Source of the DNA: Cenarchaeum sp.
GTDB taxonomy: Archaea > Thermoproteota > Nitrososphaeria > Nitrososphaerales > Nitrosopumilaceae
Direction of reading: 5' to 3'
NCBI GenBank assembly: GCA_963692915.1
Contig: OY843584.1
Location: 32,001 to 96,000, forward strand
Length of the DNA: 64,000 bases
Every line of letters starts with the position of its first letter. Position 1 is the first letter of the stretch. The notes beneath the pieces are model-generated. The model was not told the DNA's origin. It made no database searches and saw only the letters and a list, made by a program, of their open reading frames with translations. Both the position numbers and the translations under genes were made by a program. This document shows, one piece after another, positions 27,991 to 37,628 of this stretch.

Positions 27991-29429
27991 CCCTTGATTA
28001 CCCCCATTGGGACGAGCTTGGCGACCTTTGTGGCTATGCCGAGATCGTGTGACACGGACACGACGCGATCAACGTCCTTGTAGGCCTGCGGGGCCTCCTC
28101 GACGAGACCCTCGCGCGTCATCGACTTTACAAACACGCCTGCGCTCCGGAGCTCGCCCCTTATCTGATCCTCGGTATAGTCGCGCCTCGCCTTTGAGCGC
28201 GACATTGTCCGTCCGGCTCCGTGGGCAGTGGATCCAAATGTGGACTCCATTGCGCCGGGCTTGCCCAAAAGAACCCAGCTCGCAGTTCCCATCGAGCCGG
28301 GCACCAGGACTGGCTGGCCCAGGTCGCGATACCTTGCGGGAACCTCGTCGAGCCCTGCGGGGAACGCGCGTGTTGCTCCCTTTCGGTGCACAACGACGCG
28401 GCGCCTCTGTCCGTCGACCTTGTGCTCCTCTACCTTTGCAATGTTGTGTGACACGTCATAGACTAGCTCGAGCTCGTCCTCGCTAGTGTCAAAGATCCTC
28501 GAGAACGACTTGCGCGTCCAGTCGGTGATCATCTGCCTGTTGCTCCACGCAAAGTTGAGCGCAGCGCACATTGCGCCACGGTACGCCTCGCCCTCCTCAG
28601 ACGAGTTTGGCACGCACGCAAGCTCGCGATCACGCAGCGATATGCCGTACTTTGCGAGGGCTGTCTCAGACACCCTTAGGTAGTCGCTGCACACCTGGTG
28701 GCCAAACCCACGTGAGCCACAGTGCGTGAGCACGGTCACCTGGCCGACCTCGAGGCCCATGCGCCTCGCGGCCTCCTCATCGTGAATCTCGGCGACGCGC
28801 TGTATCTCCAAAAAGTGGTTTCCCGAACCGAGGCTTCCAAGCTGCGGCGTGCCGCGCTTTCGCGCCCTGTCTGACACCTTTGCGGGATCAGCACCGGCCA
28901 TCTGGCCGCCCTCCTCGCACGACTCGGCATCCCCCGAGATCCCGTGCCCGCCGTCCACGGTCCACTCCACCCCGCGAACCATGACCTCGTCGAGCTCATC
29001 GCGGCTAAGCCTTATGGCTCCCTTGGAGCCCACCCCGGTGGGTATCGTGTTGAACAGGTCCAGGACGATGTCCTTTAGCCTGGACCGGACGGCCGCCTCG
29101 CCTAGTCCGGTTCGCAGGAGCCTCACGCCGCAGTTGATGTCATAGCCGACGCCTCCGGGGCTTATCATGCCCTCCTCGGCGTCCATCGCCGCGACTCCAC
29201 CGACGGGAAACCCATAGCCCTCGTGGCCATCGGGAAGCACGACGCAGCTCCCGACTATTCCGGGCATCGAGGCGACGTTAGTCGCCTGCAGTATAGTGCG
29301 ATCCCGCCTCATCTTTGCGAGGAGCTCGTCGTCGGCAAGTATGCGCACGGGCACCCTCATGCCGTTCTCGGCCGTGGGCTCTATGACGTGTTCCAGGTCG
29401 CCGACCTTCTTGGGCACCAATGCCGACAT
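27987..29429 (-). CDS. rtcB: tRNA-splicing ligase RtcB
   Basis: PDGHEGYGFPVGG, GYDINCGVR, GSGNHFLE, HRKGAT, HGAGR and EEAP-AYK. Confidence 0.96.
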   Translation of the reverse strand: MSALVPKKVGDLEHVIEPTAENGMRVPVRILADDELLAKMRRDRTILQATNVASMPGIVGSCVVLPDGHEGYGFPVGGVAAMDAEEGMISPGGVGYDINCGVRLLRTGLGEAAVRSRLKDIVLDLFNTIPTGVGSKGAIRLSRDELDEVMVRGVEWTVDGGHGISGDAESCEEGGQMAGADPAKVSDRARKRGTPQLGSLGSGNHFLEIQRVAEIHDEEAARRMGLEVGQVTVLTHCGSRGFGHQVCSDYLRVSETALAKYGISLRDRELACVPNSSEEGEAYRGAMCAALNFAWSNRQMITDWTRKSFSRIFDTSEDELELVYDVSHNIAKVEEHKVDGQRRRVVVHRKGATRAFPAGLDEVPARYRDLGQPVLVPGSMGTASWVLLGKPGAMESTFGSTAHGAGRTMSRSKARRDYTEDQIRGELRSAGVFVKSMTREGLVEEAPQAYKDVDRVVSVSHDLGIATKVAKLVPMGVIKG

Positions 29430-29522
29430 TGCGCATGCGTGCGCGGGCGATCTTGCCATTTAAACCATGGGCGGCAGATGCGCAAACAACCTTTATTTTT
29501 ACGGCTGCGCGCCGCCGGGGCA

Positions 29523-30881
29523 TTGGCTATACTGCCTATAGACTCTGGAAGGTACGGCACGCCCGAGATGCTCGCCGTGTTCGGCGAGCAGCGCAAGATC
29601 GACTACCAGGTCCAAGTCGAGGGGGCCGTGGCTGCAGCACAGGGGGATCTAGGCATAATACCCAGGGCAGCCGCACGCGAGATCTCGCGCGTGGCAAGGC
29701 GCGCTCGCATCACGCCACGCCGCATTGCTGCCCTCGAGGCAAAGACAGACCATGACACAGCAGCGCTCGTCCAGGCCCTCTCTGAAAAGTGCGCCGCGCA
29801 CGCAAGGCCATGGATTCACTATGGGCTCACGAGCAACGACCTTGTGGACACGAGCAACTCGATGCAGATGCGCGACGTTCTGGCGATCCTGCAGCCGCGC
29901 ACGATCCGTCTGGCGCTCGCGCTGGCCCGCCGCGCCAGGCAGTACAGGCGCCTTCCGGCCGTGGGAAGGACGCATGGCCAGCACGCGAGCATCATATCGT
30001 TTGGCCTAAAGTTCGCAAACTGGGCCGCCGAGATGTCGCGCCATGTAGAGCGCATCGAAGAGTCAAAAAAGCGCATCCTCCTGTGCAAGACGCTCGGCGT
30101 GGTGGGCACGGGCTCGCTCATGGGCGCGCGCGCCGTGCGCGTCCAGAGGGCAGTCGCGCCCCGCCTCGGCCTCGTCCCCGTCGACGTGGCAACGCAGGTT
30201 GTCCCGCGCGAGCGCCATGCCGAGTATGTCTTTGGCCTCTCGCTCCTTGGCACGACGCTTGAAAAGATCGCAGTAGAGGTGCGCAACCTGCAGCGAACCG
30301 AGATACGCGAGGTCGCCGAGAAGTTCCGCAAGGGCCAGATGGGAAGTAGTGCGGTTCCCGTAAAGCGCAACCCGACAAAGAGCGAGAGGGTCACGTCGTT
30401 GGCGCGCCTGCTGCGCGGCAACGTTGGCATCACGCTTGAGAACGTCGCCCTCTGGCACGAGCGCGACCTCTCAAATTCGGCCAACGAGCGGTTTGTCCTC
30501 CCGACTGTCGCAATACTGGCCGATGAGATGATAGTCACGATGACCAGAGTCATCGACGGCATGAGCGTTGATGCTGCGCGCGTGGCTCAAAACCTTGATG
30601 CGACGCGCGGGCAGGTCTTCGCCGAGTTTGTCCTCGAGGCACTCATCAAAAAGGGCGTGCCGCGCATGGAGGCATACCGTGACGTCCAGCGCGTCGCCTT
30701 TGCGGCTAGCGCGGCCGGAACGGACTTTGCCGCAGCAGTCACCTCTGATGCGGCAATGTCCTCGCGCCTTAGTGCAGCCGAGATTGCCGCGATATTTGTG
30801 CCTGACAGGCACCTCGGTGCGGCCCCGTCGATAATAGACTCTGTGTGCCGCTCGGTGGCCAGGATGGCCGCGCGCCACTAG
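29523..30881 (+). CDS. purB: Adenylosuccinate lyase
   Basis: HYGLTSND, GRTHGQHA, GSSAVPVKRNP-x2-SE and WHERDLSNS. TTG start. Confidence 0.95.
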   Translation: MAILPIDSGRYGTPEMLAVFGEQRKIDYQVQVEGAVAAAQGDLGIIPRAAAREISRVARRARITPRRIAALEAKTDHDTAALVQALSEKCAAHARPWIHYGLTSNDLVDTSNSMQMRDVLAILQPRTIRLALALARRARQYRRLPAVGRTHGQHASIISFGLKFANWAAEMSRHVERIEESKKRILLCKTLGVVGTGSLMGARAVRVQRAVAPRLGLVPVDVATQVVPRERHAEYVFGLSLLGTTLEKIAVEVRNLQRTEIREVAEKFRKGQMGSSAVPVKRNPTKSERVTSLARLLRGNVGITLENVALWHERDLSNSANERFVLPTVAILADEMIVTMTRVIDGMSVDAARVAQNLDATRGQVFAEFVLEALIKKGVPRMEAYRDVQRVAFAASAAGTDFAAAVTSDAAMSSRLSAAEIAAIFVPDRHLGAAPSIIDSVCRSVARMAARH

Positions 30882-31627
30882 CGCCGCATCACTGCGTGTA
30901 TCCCGCTGCCGTACTGGAGCGCCTTTTTGCGGCTGTATGCGGACTTTGGCGGGACGCCAACACGCTCGGCTGTGCGCCGGACGATGTGCTTTCGCAGTAG
31001 GTCGTCGGATCCGGCAATCTTGTCGGCTAGCGGGACGCGCATGGCATATGCGACAAACTCGTCCGAGAGGAGCGGCTGCACAACTCGCACGCCGTGTGTG
31101 TCGGCCACCTCGCTGACTGCGCACATCATGCGTCTCTCTGCGTCGATCTTTGCGCGCATCATCTCGAGGATCGCCGTCTCATCACCGGCTACCTTGCGAT
31201 ACGCGTCATACCCGCAAAAGAGCTCGTCAATGCCGTTTGCCGTGATCACCTGCGCGATTCCCAGCGTGGATGCAAGGTGCGCGACGCGCTCAAAGGCCAC
31301 ACAGTTCTCCCTCCATGACAGGCTGCACTCCCCAATGATGCCGTCAACCTTGCGCGAGGAGGCCACAATGTCATCGGCGTCGATCTCTAGCGCATGCCGC
31401 TCCATGCCCATGAGTCCGGCGATGTGGGCAGCAAAGCGCATGTCACGCGAACCGGCGGTTCCTATGGTGAGGAGAACGGGTCGCAGGCCTAGGTCTGTGC
31501 ATGCATGGGCGACTAGCGCACTGTCAACGCCACCAGAGAACGCCACTGCGGTGCCCTGGCTCGGCTCGGCGCGCGCAATGGCGCCACGCACGTTGACCCA
31601 TAACTCATCTGCGGCATCACCTGCCAT
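30878..31627 (-). CDS. Asparagine synthase C-terminal-domain protein
   Basis: AFSGGVDS PP-loop, GIDELFCGY, RKHIVR and KKALQYGSG. Confidence 0.85.
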   Translation of the reverse strand: MAGDAADELWVNVRGAIARAEPSQGTAVAFSGGVDSALVAHACTDLGLRPVLLTIGTAGSRDMRFAAHIAGLMGMERHALEIDADDIVASSRKVDGIIGECSLSWRENCVAFERVAHLASTLGIAQVITANGIDELFCGYDAYRKVAGDETAILEMMRAKIDAERRMMCAVSEVADTHGVRVVQPLLSDEFVAYAMRVPLADKIAGSDDLLRKHIVRRTAERVGVPPKSAYSRKKALQYGSGIHAVMRR

Positions 31628-31644
31628 GTCGTCGCGGTTCCACG

Positions 31645-31983
31645 CTATACCTGAAACACGTCAGAGCTCTTTTTTGGAGTCGACGTTGCAGGATTTGCCA
31701 AGTCCATCGCCTCGGCGAGCTTTGCGAGATCGGGATTTGCAAGGATTTGTGCGATCAACGCCAGCTCGGCTGCTGACCTGATGACGACTCCTCGCTTTTT
31801 GGTCGCCGAGCCAGACGCGTCTATTGGGTTTATCTCGATTGCCAGCGTGGGCGGACGGCTCTTGTACTGTGGCATCCTGACTATCATGACGCCCTCGATG
31901 CTCGTCCTCGTCTTCTCCCAGTCTGCGCCGTCGGCGAGTATCCTTGCTAGCTTCTCGCTCCTGGCCTGCTCCTCTCCGGACAT
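31645..31983 (-). CDS. Conserved thaumarchaeal hypothetical protein
   Basis: DWEK-x2-TSI-G...LAIEINP-x7-KKRG. TTTAAG box upstream. Confidence 0.6.
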   Translation of the reverse strand: MSGEEQARSEKLARILADGADWEKTRTSIEGVMIVRMPQYKSRPPTLAIEINPIDASGSATKKRGVVIRSAAELALIAQILANPDLAKLAEAMDLANPATSTPKKSSDVFQV

Positions 31984-32080
31984 GGCGCACCACCACGGGA
32001 CGGAGCTTAAAATTGTTTGGGGCACTACCGGCAATCGTGCGCACAAGGGTTAAAGTTGCGCCGCACAGGCCGTGGCGTCA

Positions 32081-33547
32081 ATGGCGTCAGTGACATTTCA
32101 CGGGGGAGTAGGCGAGATTGGCGGCAACAAGTTCCTCGTGAACGACGGGGACACCTCGGTAATGATGGACTTTGGGATGAGCTTTGCAGCCGAGGGGCGC
32201 TACTTTTCCGAGTACAGAAAGGCCCGGGCCTCCAACATCCTCCTTGACATGTTTGCGCTGGGCCTCCTCCCGCGCATAGACGGGCTCTATCGCAAGGACT
32301 ATGCCGAGCACATGGGCGTCGAGTGGACAGAGGAGCCGCCTGTTGACGCCATTGTCCTGACGCATGCGCACATTGACCACTGTGGATACCTCGGCTATGT
32401 CAGGGAGGACATTCCCGTATACTGCACAAAGGCCTCCGAGCTTATCATGAGGTGCTTTGATGACACGGGCAAGGATCACCAGCTTGCCACCCTGCGCACA
32501 AAGTTTGTCTATAGCGACAGGTCAAAGTGGACACGCCTCACAAGGGACAAGCGCGAGCGCGAGATTCGCACGATGGAGAGCGGCAAAAAGTTCCGCGTCG
32601 GCGACATTGAGGTAGAGCCCTGGGAGGTCGATCACTCGCTTCCCGGCGCGTGTGCGCTAATTCTTCACACGTCATCTGGCACGCTGGCAAACACGGCTGA
32701 CCTGCGCTTCCACGGCCGGCGCGCAAAGTCGACTGAGCGCTTTGTCGAACGGGGCGCCAAGACCGGAGTTGATCTCTTGCTTTGTGAGGGCACGAGAATA
32801 TCAAACAAGCCTGACACGCCGGCAAGGACAGAGCAATGGATTGAGACAGAGGCCTCCTCGATCATGCAGTCCGCAGACGGCCTTGCCATGTGCGGATACC
32901 CGATGCGCGACCTGGACAGACTTCACTCGCTCTATCTTGCGGCAAAGGCGGCAGGAAGAATGCTCGTTGTGGACATGAAGCAGGCATACCTGCTTGAGCT
33001 GTTTGAGACGCACCTTCCGGGAACATATCCGCGCCTCGATGAGGTGGGCATATTCATAAACCGCGGGTCGTGGGGCCTAATCGACAAGAACTATCCTGAA
33101 GATGCGCTGTCGCGCGACTATGACAAGTGGAAGCGCGACTTTTTGAACCACCCAAATCGACTGGACTATCGCGATATCGCAGCAGGTCCCAAAAAATATC
33201 TCTACTATTGCGATGACTTTTCGCTCCAGAACCTCATAGACATCAGGCCACCGCAGGGCTCGACGTACATACGATCGCTCACAGAGCCCTTTGATCCAGA
33301 CATGGAGCGCCAGGAGGGCCAGGTAAAGAACTGGCTTGCCAAGTTTGGCCTCATTGGCAGTGACAGGCAGTGGCACAAGCTCCACGTCTCAGGCCATGGT
33401 GACGGGAGCCAGATAAAGCGCGTCATCGACGGCCTCAGCGCAGGCCGCCTCGTCCCCATACACACCGAAAAACAGAACGAAAAGCTCCATCGGACAATGC
33501 ACGACAATGTCACGTCAGTAGCGATCGGCGAGAGCGTTGACGTATAA
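32081..33547 (+). CDS. MBL/beta-CASP ribonuclease (RNase J-like)
   Basis: GGVGEIGGN, DFG, THAHIDH, DHSLPGA, CEGT, HVSGH and PIHTE. Confidence 0.85.
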   Translation: MASVTFHGGVGEIGGNKFLVNDGDTSVMMDFGMSFAAEGRYFSEYRKARASNILLDMFALGLLPRIDGLYRKDYAEHMGVEWTEEPPVDAIVLTHAHIDHCGYLGYVREDIPVYCTKASELIMRCFDDTGKDHQLATLRTKFVYSDRSKWTRLTRDKREREIRTMESGKKFRVGDIEVEPWEVDHSLPGACALILHTSSGTLANTADLRFHGRRAKSTERFVERGAKTGVDLLLCEGTRISNKPDTPARTEQWIETEASSIMQSADGLAMCGYPMRDLDRLHSLYLAAKAAGRMLVVDMKQAYLLELFETHLPGTYPRLDEVGIFINRGSWGLIDKNYPEDALSRDYDKWKRDFLNHPNRLDYRDIAAGPKKYLYYCDDFSLQNLIDIRPPQGSTYIRSLTEPFDPDMERQEGQVKNWLAKFGLIGSDRQWHKLHVSGHGDGSQIKRVIDGLSAGRLVPIHTEKQNEKLHRTMHDNVTSVAIGESVDV

Positions 33548-33555
33548 TGTTGGAG

Positions 33556-33628
33556 GGCCCCCGAGGAGAATCGAACCCCTGCCCGGGGATCCACAATCCC
33601 CTATACTAGCCACTATACTACGGGGGCC
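33556..33628 (-). tRNA. tRNA-His(GTG), G-1 encoded
   Basis: Minus strand reads G-GCCCCCG...GGGGA-TTGTGGA-TCCCC...GGTTCGATTC...CGGGGGC-C. Confidence 0.93.
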
Positions 33629-33792
33629 ACGCGCGCAATGGGTGACCAATCCCGTAATTAACCCTTGTCCGCGCCTGCGCGCACCGCCCCCTCCACAGCT
33701 TCTTGCGTCTGCGCACTGCCATTCCACACTGGGGTGGCCACGCGCGCAGGTGCCGAACACTACTTAACGGGGCGCTTGTGCCGCGTTGCGCG

Positions 33793-34299
33793 GTGCAACC
33801 ATGCCAGAGGGAGCACGCCGGATGCGTCATACGCAGGGCGAGCCATGAAGATCTAATCCCCGTAATAGAGATCAACCTAAAGACGCTGCCGGAGCACTAT
33901 TCGGACTATTTCTACGAGGAGCTTCTAAAGGACTGTCCAGAGGCGTTCCTCGTGGCAGAGTCTGACGGCAAGGTCGTCGGGTATGTCATCTGCAAGATCG
34001 AGCACGGGTTTTCAAACTTTAAGCGCCTCGGCTTTGTCAAAAAGGCGCACCTCGTATCCATAGCGATACTGCCAAACTCGAGGCGCGCGGGACTTGGCAC
34101 GGCCCTAGTGGAGGAGGCCATATGCGGAGTCAACCTCAGGTCGTGCCACGAGTTTTACCTCGAGGTCAGGTGCAGCAACGAGCATGCCGTTACCATGTAC
34201 GAAAAGCTCGGCTTTTCTGTGCGAAGCCGCCAAAACTCGTACTATCGCGACGGCGAGGACGCGTTCATAATGTCAATAGAGACGCAGAACAATCAATAA
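33793..34299 (+). CDS. N-terminal acetyltransferase (RimI/Ard1-like GNAT)
   Basis: NLKTLPEHY, HLVSIA, RRAGLG, LEVRCSN and YYRDGEDA. Confidence 0.9.
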   Translation: MQPCQREHAGCVIRRASHEDLIPVIEINLKTLPEHYSDYFYEELLKDCPEAFLVAESDGKVVGYVICKIEHGFSNFKRLGFVKKAHLVSIAILPNSRRAGLGTALVEEAICGVNLRSCHEFYLEVRCSNEHAVTMYEKLGFSVRSRQNSYYRDGEDAFIMSIETQNNQ

Positions 34300-34325
34300 A
34301 TACGACCCGTATGCGCATGGCGCGC

Positions 34326-34559
34326 ATGGAGCGGCGCGGCGCACTAGGCGCAACGATATTTGTGCTGTGCATTGCGGCGTTCTTTGTGTATGCATACCTC
34401 CTAATGCTCTCTGAGTGGAGTCCCATAGTCATGCAGCTCTCGGTTCTCATGATTGCCGGCGGGGTTCTTGGCGCAATATCGTGGGTCGGATACACAATGG
34501 CCACAACGCGCAAGATACCGTCGATCGTCGTTCCGATGGACGATGACGAATCGCCCTAG
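34326..34559 (+). CDS. Small two-helix membrane protein
   Basis: Two hydrophobic segments ending in WVGYTMATT, an archaeal conserved small membrane protein motif. Start uncertain (34311-34326). Confidence 0.65.
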   Translation: MERRGALGATIFVLCIAAFFVYAYLLMLSEWSPIVMQLSVLMIAGGVLGAISWVGYTMATTRKIPSIVVPMDDDESP

Positions 34560-35395
34560 CTCGGCAGGATCGCATCAACTACTGTCTGGTAATAGCGCGG
34601 CCCGACCGGCCTCACTATGCGCGAGTGGGCCACACCGGTGCCCTGCGGCGCAATGTCGATGAGCTCACGTGCGGCATTTGGCGCCGCAAGCGACTTTGAG
34701 TCGGCATGGACATGCGAGTAATAGTGGATCGTCCCGCCAGGTCGCGTGGCTGCGACTGCAATTCCGAGGAACTCCGCAGACCTCTCTGGCAAGAGCATGA
34801 GCGTGCGGTCGGCGACCTCACGGCTTGACCACGCCGGAACAGCCTTGGTCGCATCGCCGCATGAGGCGATCACCGTGCCGGCAAGCCTATTACGTGCAAT
34901 GTTTGCAGTGCAGAGGTCAATGGCGAGCGGGTTGATGTCGATATTGTGAACGGTGCAGCGCGTGGACTTTGCGGCGACTAGCGAGAACGCGCCAACGCCG
35001 CCAAACATGTTGAGGACAGTCTCGCCGTCAGCTGTTAGCGACGCAATGCGCGCCCTCTCGGTGGCAAGGCGTGGGGAAAAGAACGCGCCGGCCACATCGA
35101 CTTGCATCTCGCACCCGTGCTCGCGGTGGATCGTCACGGTTCCGCCCTCGCCGGCGACTAGCTCGAGATCGCGAGTGCGATAGTCCCCTGACACGTCTGA
35201 GATTTGGCAGAACACGCGCGTGGCCCCGCTGGCCTGCGCTAGCACGGCCGCACCAATCTCGCGCCGGCGCGCGCGCAGCGCATCGGGTATGCGCACTATG
35301 GCAATGTCGCCTATCTGGTCAAACGACGAGCATAGCGCATCGGCCTCATCATCGCTGAGCGTGCCGGATAGCGCACGGCGAAGCGCACGTGTCAT
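34556..35395 (-). CDS. tRNA methyltransferase, Trm5/Met-10+ family
   Basis: SFDQIGDIAI, G-YR-R, FFSPRLATER and NMFGGVG-F. Confidence 0.88.
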   Translation of the reverse strand: MTRALRRALSGTLSDDEADALCSSFDQIGDIAIVRIPDALRARRREIGAAVLAQASGATRVFCQISDVSGDYRTRDLELVAGEGGTVTIHREHGCEMQVDVAGAFFSPRLATERARIASLTADGETVLNMFGGVGAFSLVAAKSTRCTVHNIDINPLAIDLCTANIARNRLAGTVIASCGDATKAVPAWSSREVADRTLMLLPERSAEFLGIAVAATRPGGTIHYYSHVHADSKSLAAPNAARELIDIAPQGTGVAHSRIVRPVGPRYYQTVVDAILPS

Positions 35396-37179
35396 GACTG
35401 CGCGTAATAGTGGCTGCCTGATGACTTTTGCTCACGGTCAAGGCGGCTGCCCTGCTTGTTTATCCTTGGGCGCCGTGACCTCTCATCGCGCCTAAACGAG
35501 ACGCCAAGTGATCCCAAAAAGCGGTTCATCGCCTCAGGCTTTGGCAGCGGCGCACTGGCGTGGCCTGACCTGCCCGGCTCGCCCTCAAAGACTACCATCG
35601 TGTCTGAGACGATGTCCATGAGCTGCAGGTCATGGTCTATCACAATGACTGACCTTGCGTAGGATCGCGCAAACCGCTGGATGAACTTTGCGACTGCTAT
35701 GCGATCCTCGACGTCAAGAAATGCCGACGGCTCGTCTAGCGCGTACAGGTCGGCCTCCTGGAGGAGGCACGAGGCAACGGCGACCTTTTGGAGCTCGCCG
35801 CCAGAGAGGCGTCCAATGTCCTTGGAGTAGAACTTTGGCAGGCGCAGCGGTGCGGCAATCTGGGACTCGCCGTCGCTCCCCTCTATGGGAGATCCGTACG
35901 CCGCCGAGAGCGCCTCGGAGACGAGCGTGCCCTCGTGGGCCTCAACATACTGGGGCTTGTGCGATATCTTTGCCCTCTTGTCGACGGAGCCCGAGTCTGA
36001 GGGCTCGACTCCGGCGAGCATGCGCATCATCGTCGTCTTGCCTAGCGCGTTTGCGCCCATCATGCCGAGAACCTCGCCGCGCCGGACGCGGCCGGGCTCC
36101 ACTGTGAGCGCAAAGCCCTCAAATGATCTCGAGAGGGCCGGATACGCGACGCTCTCTGGCGCATCGGCGAAGGCCCCGCTCGAGGAGGACGCCTCAAACG
36201 TGAATCCCTTGTCGCGAAAGCGCACGTTCTCGCCGGGCAGGTACCCGTCAAGGAACGTGTTGATTCCAGTTCTCGCCGACAGGATGCCCGAGACGATGCC
36301 GTATGCGGCCGGCTCGCCGTACATGACCTCGATATAGTCGCTCAAAAAGTCGAGCATTGCCAGGTCGTGCTCTACGACCATGACTGACTTTGACTGCGCG
36401 GCCAGGCCGCGAATGACGCGCGCGACGCCGTTTCTCTGAAACACGTCATTGTGCGAGGATGGCTCGTCAAAAAAGTAATAGTCCGCATCGCGCGAGGCCG
36501 ATATGGCAACTGCAAGCCTCTGGAGCTCGCCTCCGCTAAGCTCGTTGACGTGGCGCTCCATGGAGTTGCGCAGCCCGAGCGACTCGACTAGCGTGCGCGA
36601 TTCGCCGCGCTCGTCATACTTTTCGACCAGCTCGGAAGCCGTCCCGTCAAACGCGCGCGAGATCCCCTGAGTCTGCTGCGGCTTTATTGCCGCGCGCATG
36701 CTGCCATCGCGTATGGCGCCAAGGTGCGTGCGCAACTCGATGTTTGGCGTCATGTCCAGTATGTCGTCCCACGACGGCGGACTGGCGTGATTGCCCATGT
36801 TTGGCACGAGGTTGCCGGCAAGTATGTTCACGACGGTGCTTTTGCCTATTCCGTTGCGGCCCAGGAGCCCTATGACCTCGCCCTTTTTTGGAACAGGAAG
36901 GCGATACAGGCGAAACGAGTTTGGCCCGTACTGGTGGATCTTGTCAGTCGAGAGCTCTGTTGCGAGGTTTACGATCGTTATTGCGTCAAAGGGGCAGACC
37001 TTTACGCATATGCCGCACCCGTTGCATATGTCCTCGTCGATGCGCGCCTTTTTGGACTCCTCGTCGATGACGACGCACTCGGCGCCGGACTTGTTGACGG
37101 GGCAATACTTTACGCACTCTAGGCCGCACTTGCGCGGCTGGCAGAGATCCATGTCAAGGACTGCCACTCTGTGGGTCAT
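35392..37179 (-). CDS. Ribosome recycling ATPase ABCE1 (RLI)
   Basis: N-terminal 2x[4Fe-4S] Cys motifs (CQPRKCGLEC, CNGCGICVKVCP), two Walker A motifs and LSGGELQ twice. Confidence 0.96.
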   Translation of the reverse strand: MTHRVAVLDMDLCQPRKCGLECVKYCPVNKSGAECVVIDEESKKARIDEDICNGCGICVKVCPFDAITIVNLATELSTDKIHQYGPNSFRLYRLPVPKKGEVIGLLGRNGIGKSTVVNILAGNLVPNMGNHASPPSWDDILDMTPNIELRTHLGAIRDGSMRAAIKPQQTQGISRAFDGTASELVEKYDERGESRTLVESLGLRNSMERHVNELSGGELQRLAVAISASRDADYYFFDEPSSHNDVFQRNGVARVIRGLAAQSKSVMVVEHDLAMLDFLSDYIEVMYGEPAAYGIVSGILSARTGINTFLDGYLPGENVRFRDKGFTFEASSSSGAFADAPESVAYPALSRSFEGFALTVEPGRVRRGEVLGMMGANALGKTTMMRMLAGVEPSDSGSVDKRAKISHKPQYVEAHEGTLVSEALSAAYGSPIEGSDGESQIAAPLRLPKFYSKDIGRLSGGELQKVAVASCLLQEADLYALDEPSAFLDVEDRIAVAKFIQRFARSYARSVIVIDHDLQLMDIVSDTMVVFEGEPGRSGHASAPLPKPEAMNRFLGSLGVSFRRDERSRRPRINKQGSRLDREQKSSGSHYYAQS

Positions 37180-37347
37180 GCACGCGGTGCGCAGGGCGCG
37201 TGGCTTTAAACCGTAGTCCACAGCACTGTGGGTCGCAGGGCGCGCGGGCCCCGCGCGCAGGCTCTGCTCCCTGAGGCGCGTGGGGCGGCAAACCCCACAC
37301 GTGGACACGCTACCTTAATAACGCGCCACCAATCGCAATTCTGACAA

Positions 37348-37461
37348 GCCGGCCACAGAGCCGGGGTGCGACCCAATCCCATTCCGAACTTGGAAGTCAA
37401 ACCCGGCATCGCTGTTGTGCTACTAAGGTGCGAGAGCCCTTGGGAAGCAACAGTGCTGGCA
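37348..37461 (+). rRNA. rrf: 5S rRNA (stand-alone)
   Basis: GCCGGC/GCTGGC terminal helix, CCCATTCCGAAC loop C, GAAGTCAAAC and GCGAGAGC. TTAATAA box upstream. Confidence 0.92.
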
Positions 37462-37499
37462 TTATCCATTTTAGGGGGGATTCTGCGCATGGCGCGCAG

Positions 37500-37628
37500 A
37501 TGAGCACATGTGCCATATGCGGTGAGACCCTCGACGGTGACATTAGGCTGCTCAACCACATGATGGAAAAGCACGGGTGGCGCAACGCGTCCTCCTCAAA
37601 GCCGGACCGCAACAGCCGTGGCTATTGA
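37500..37628 (+). CDS. C2H2 zinc-finger microprotein (42 aa)
   Basis: MSTCAICGETLDGDIRLLNHMMEKH gives C-x2-C-x12-H-x4-H. Confidence 0.65.
   Translation: MSTCAICGETLDGDIRLLNHMMEKHGWRNASSSKPDRNSRGY

Noticed and set aside
32081-33628. RNase J-like gene as an element integrated at tRNA-His
   Set aside because: I found no duplicated tRNA 3' end (att site) and no integrase, and the composition is close to the host.
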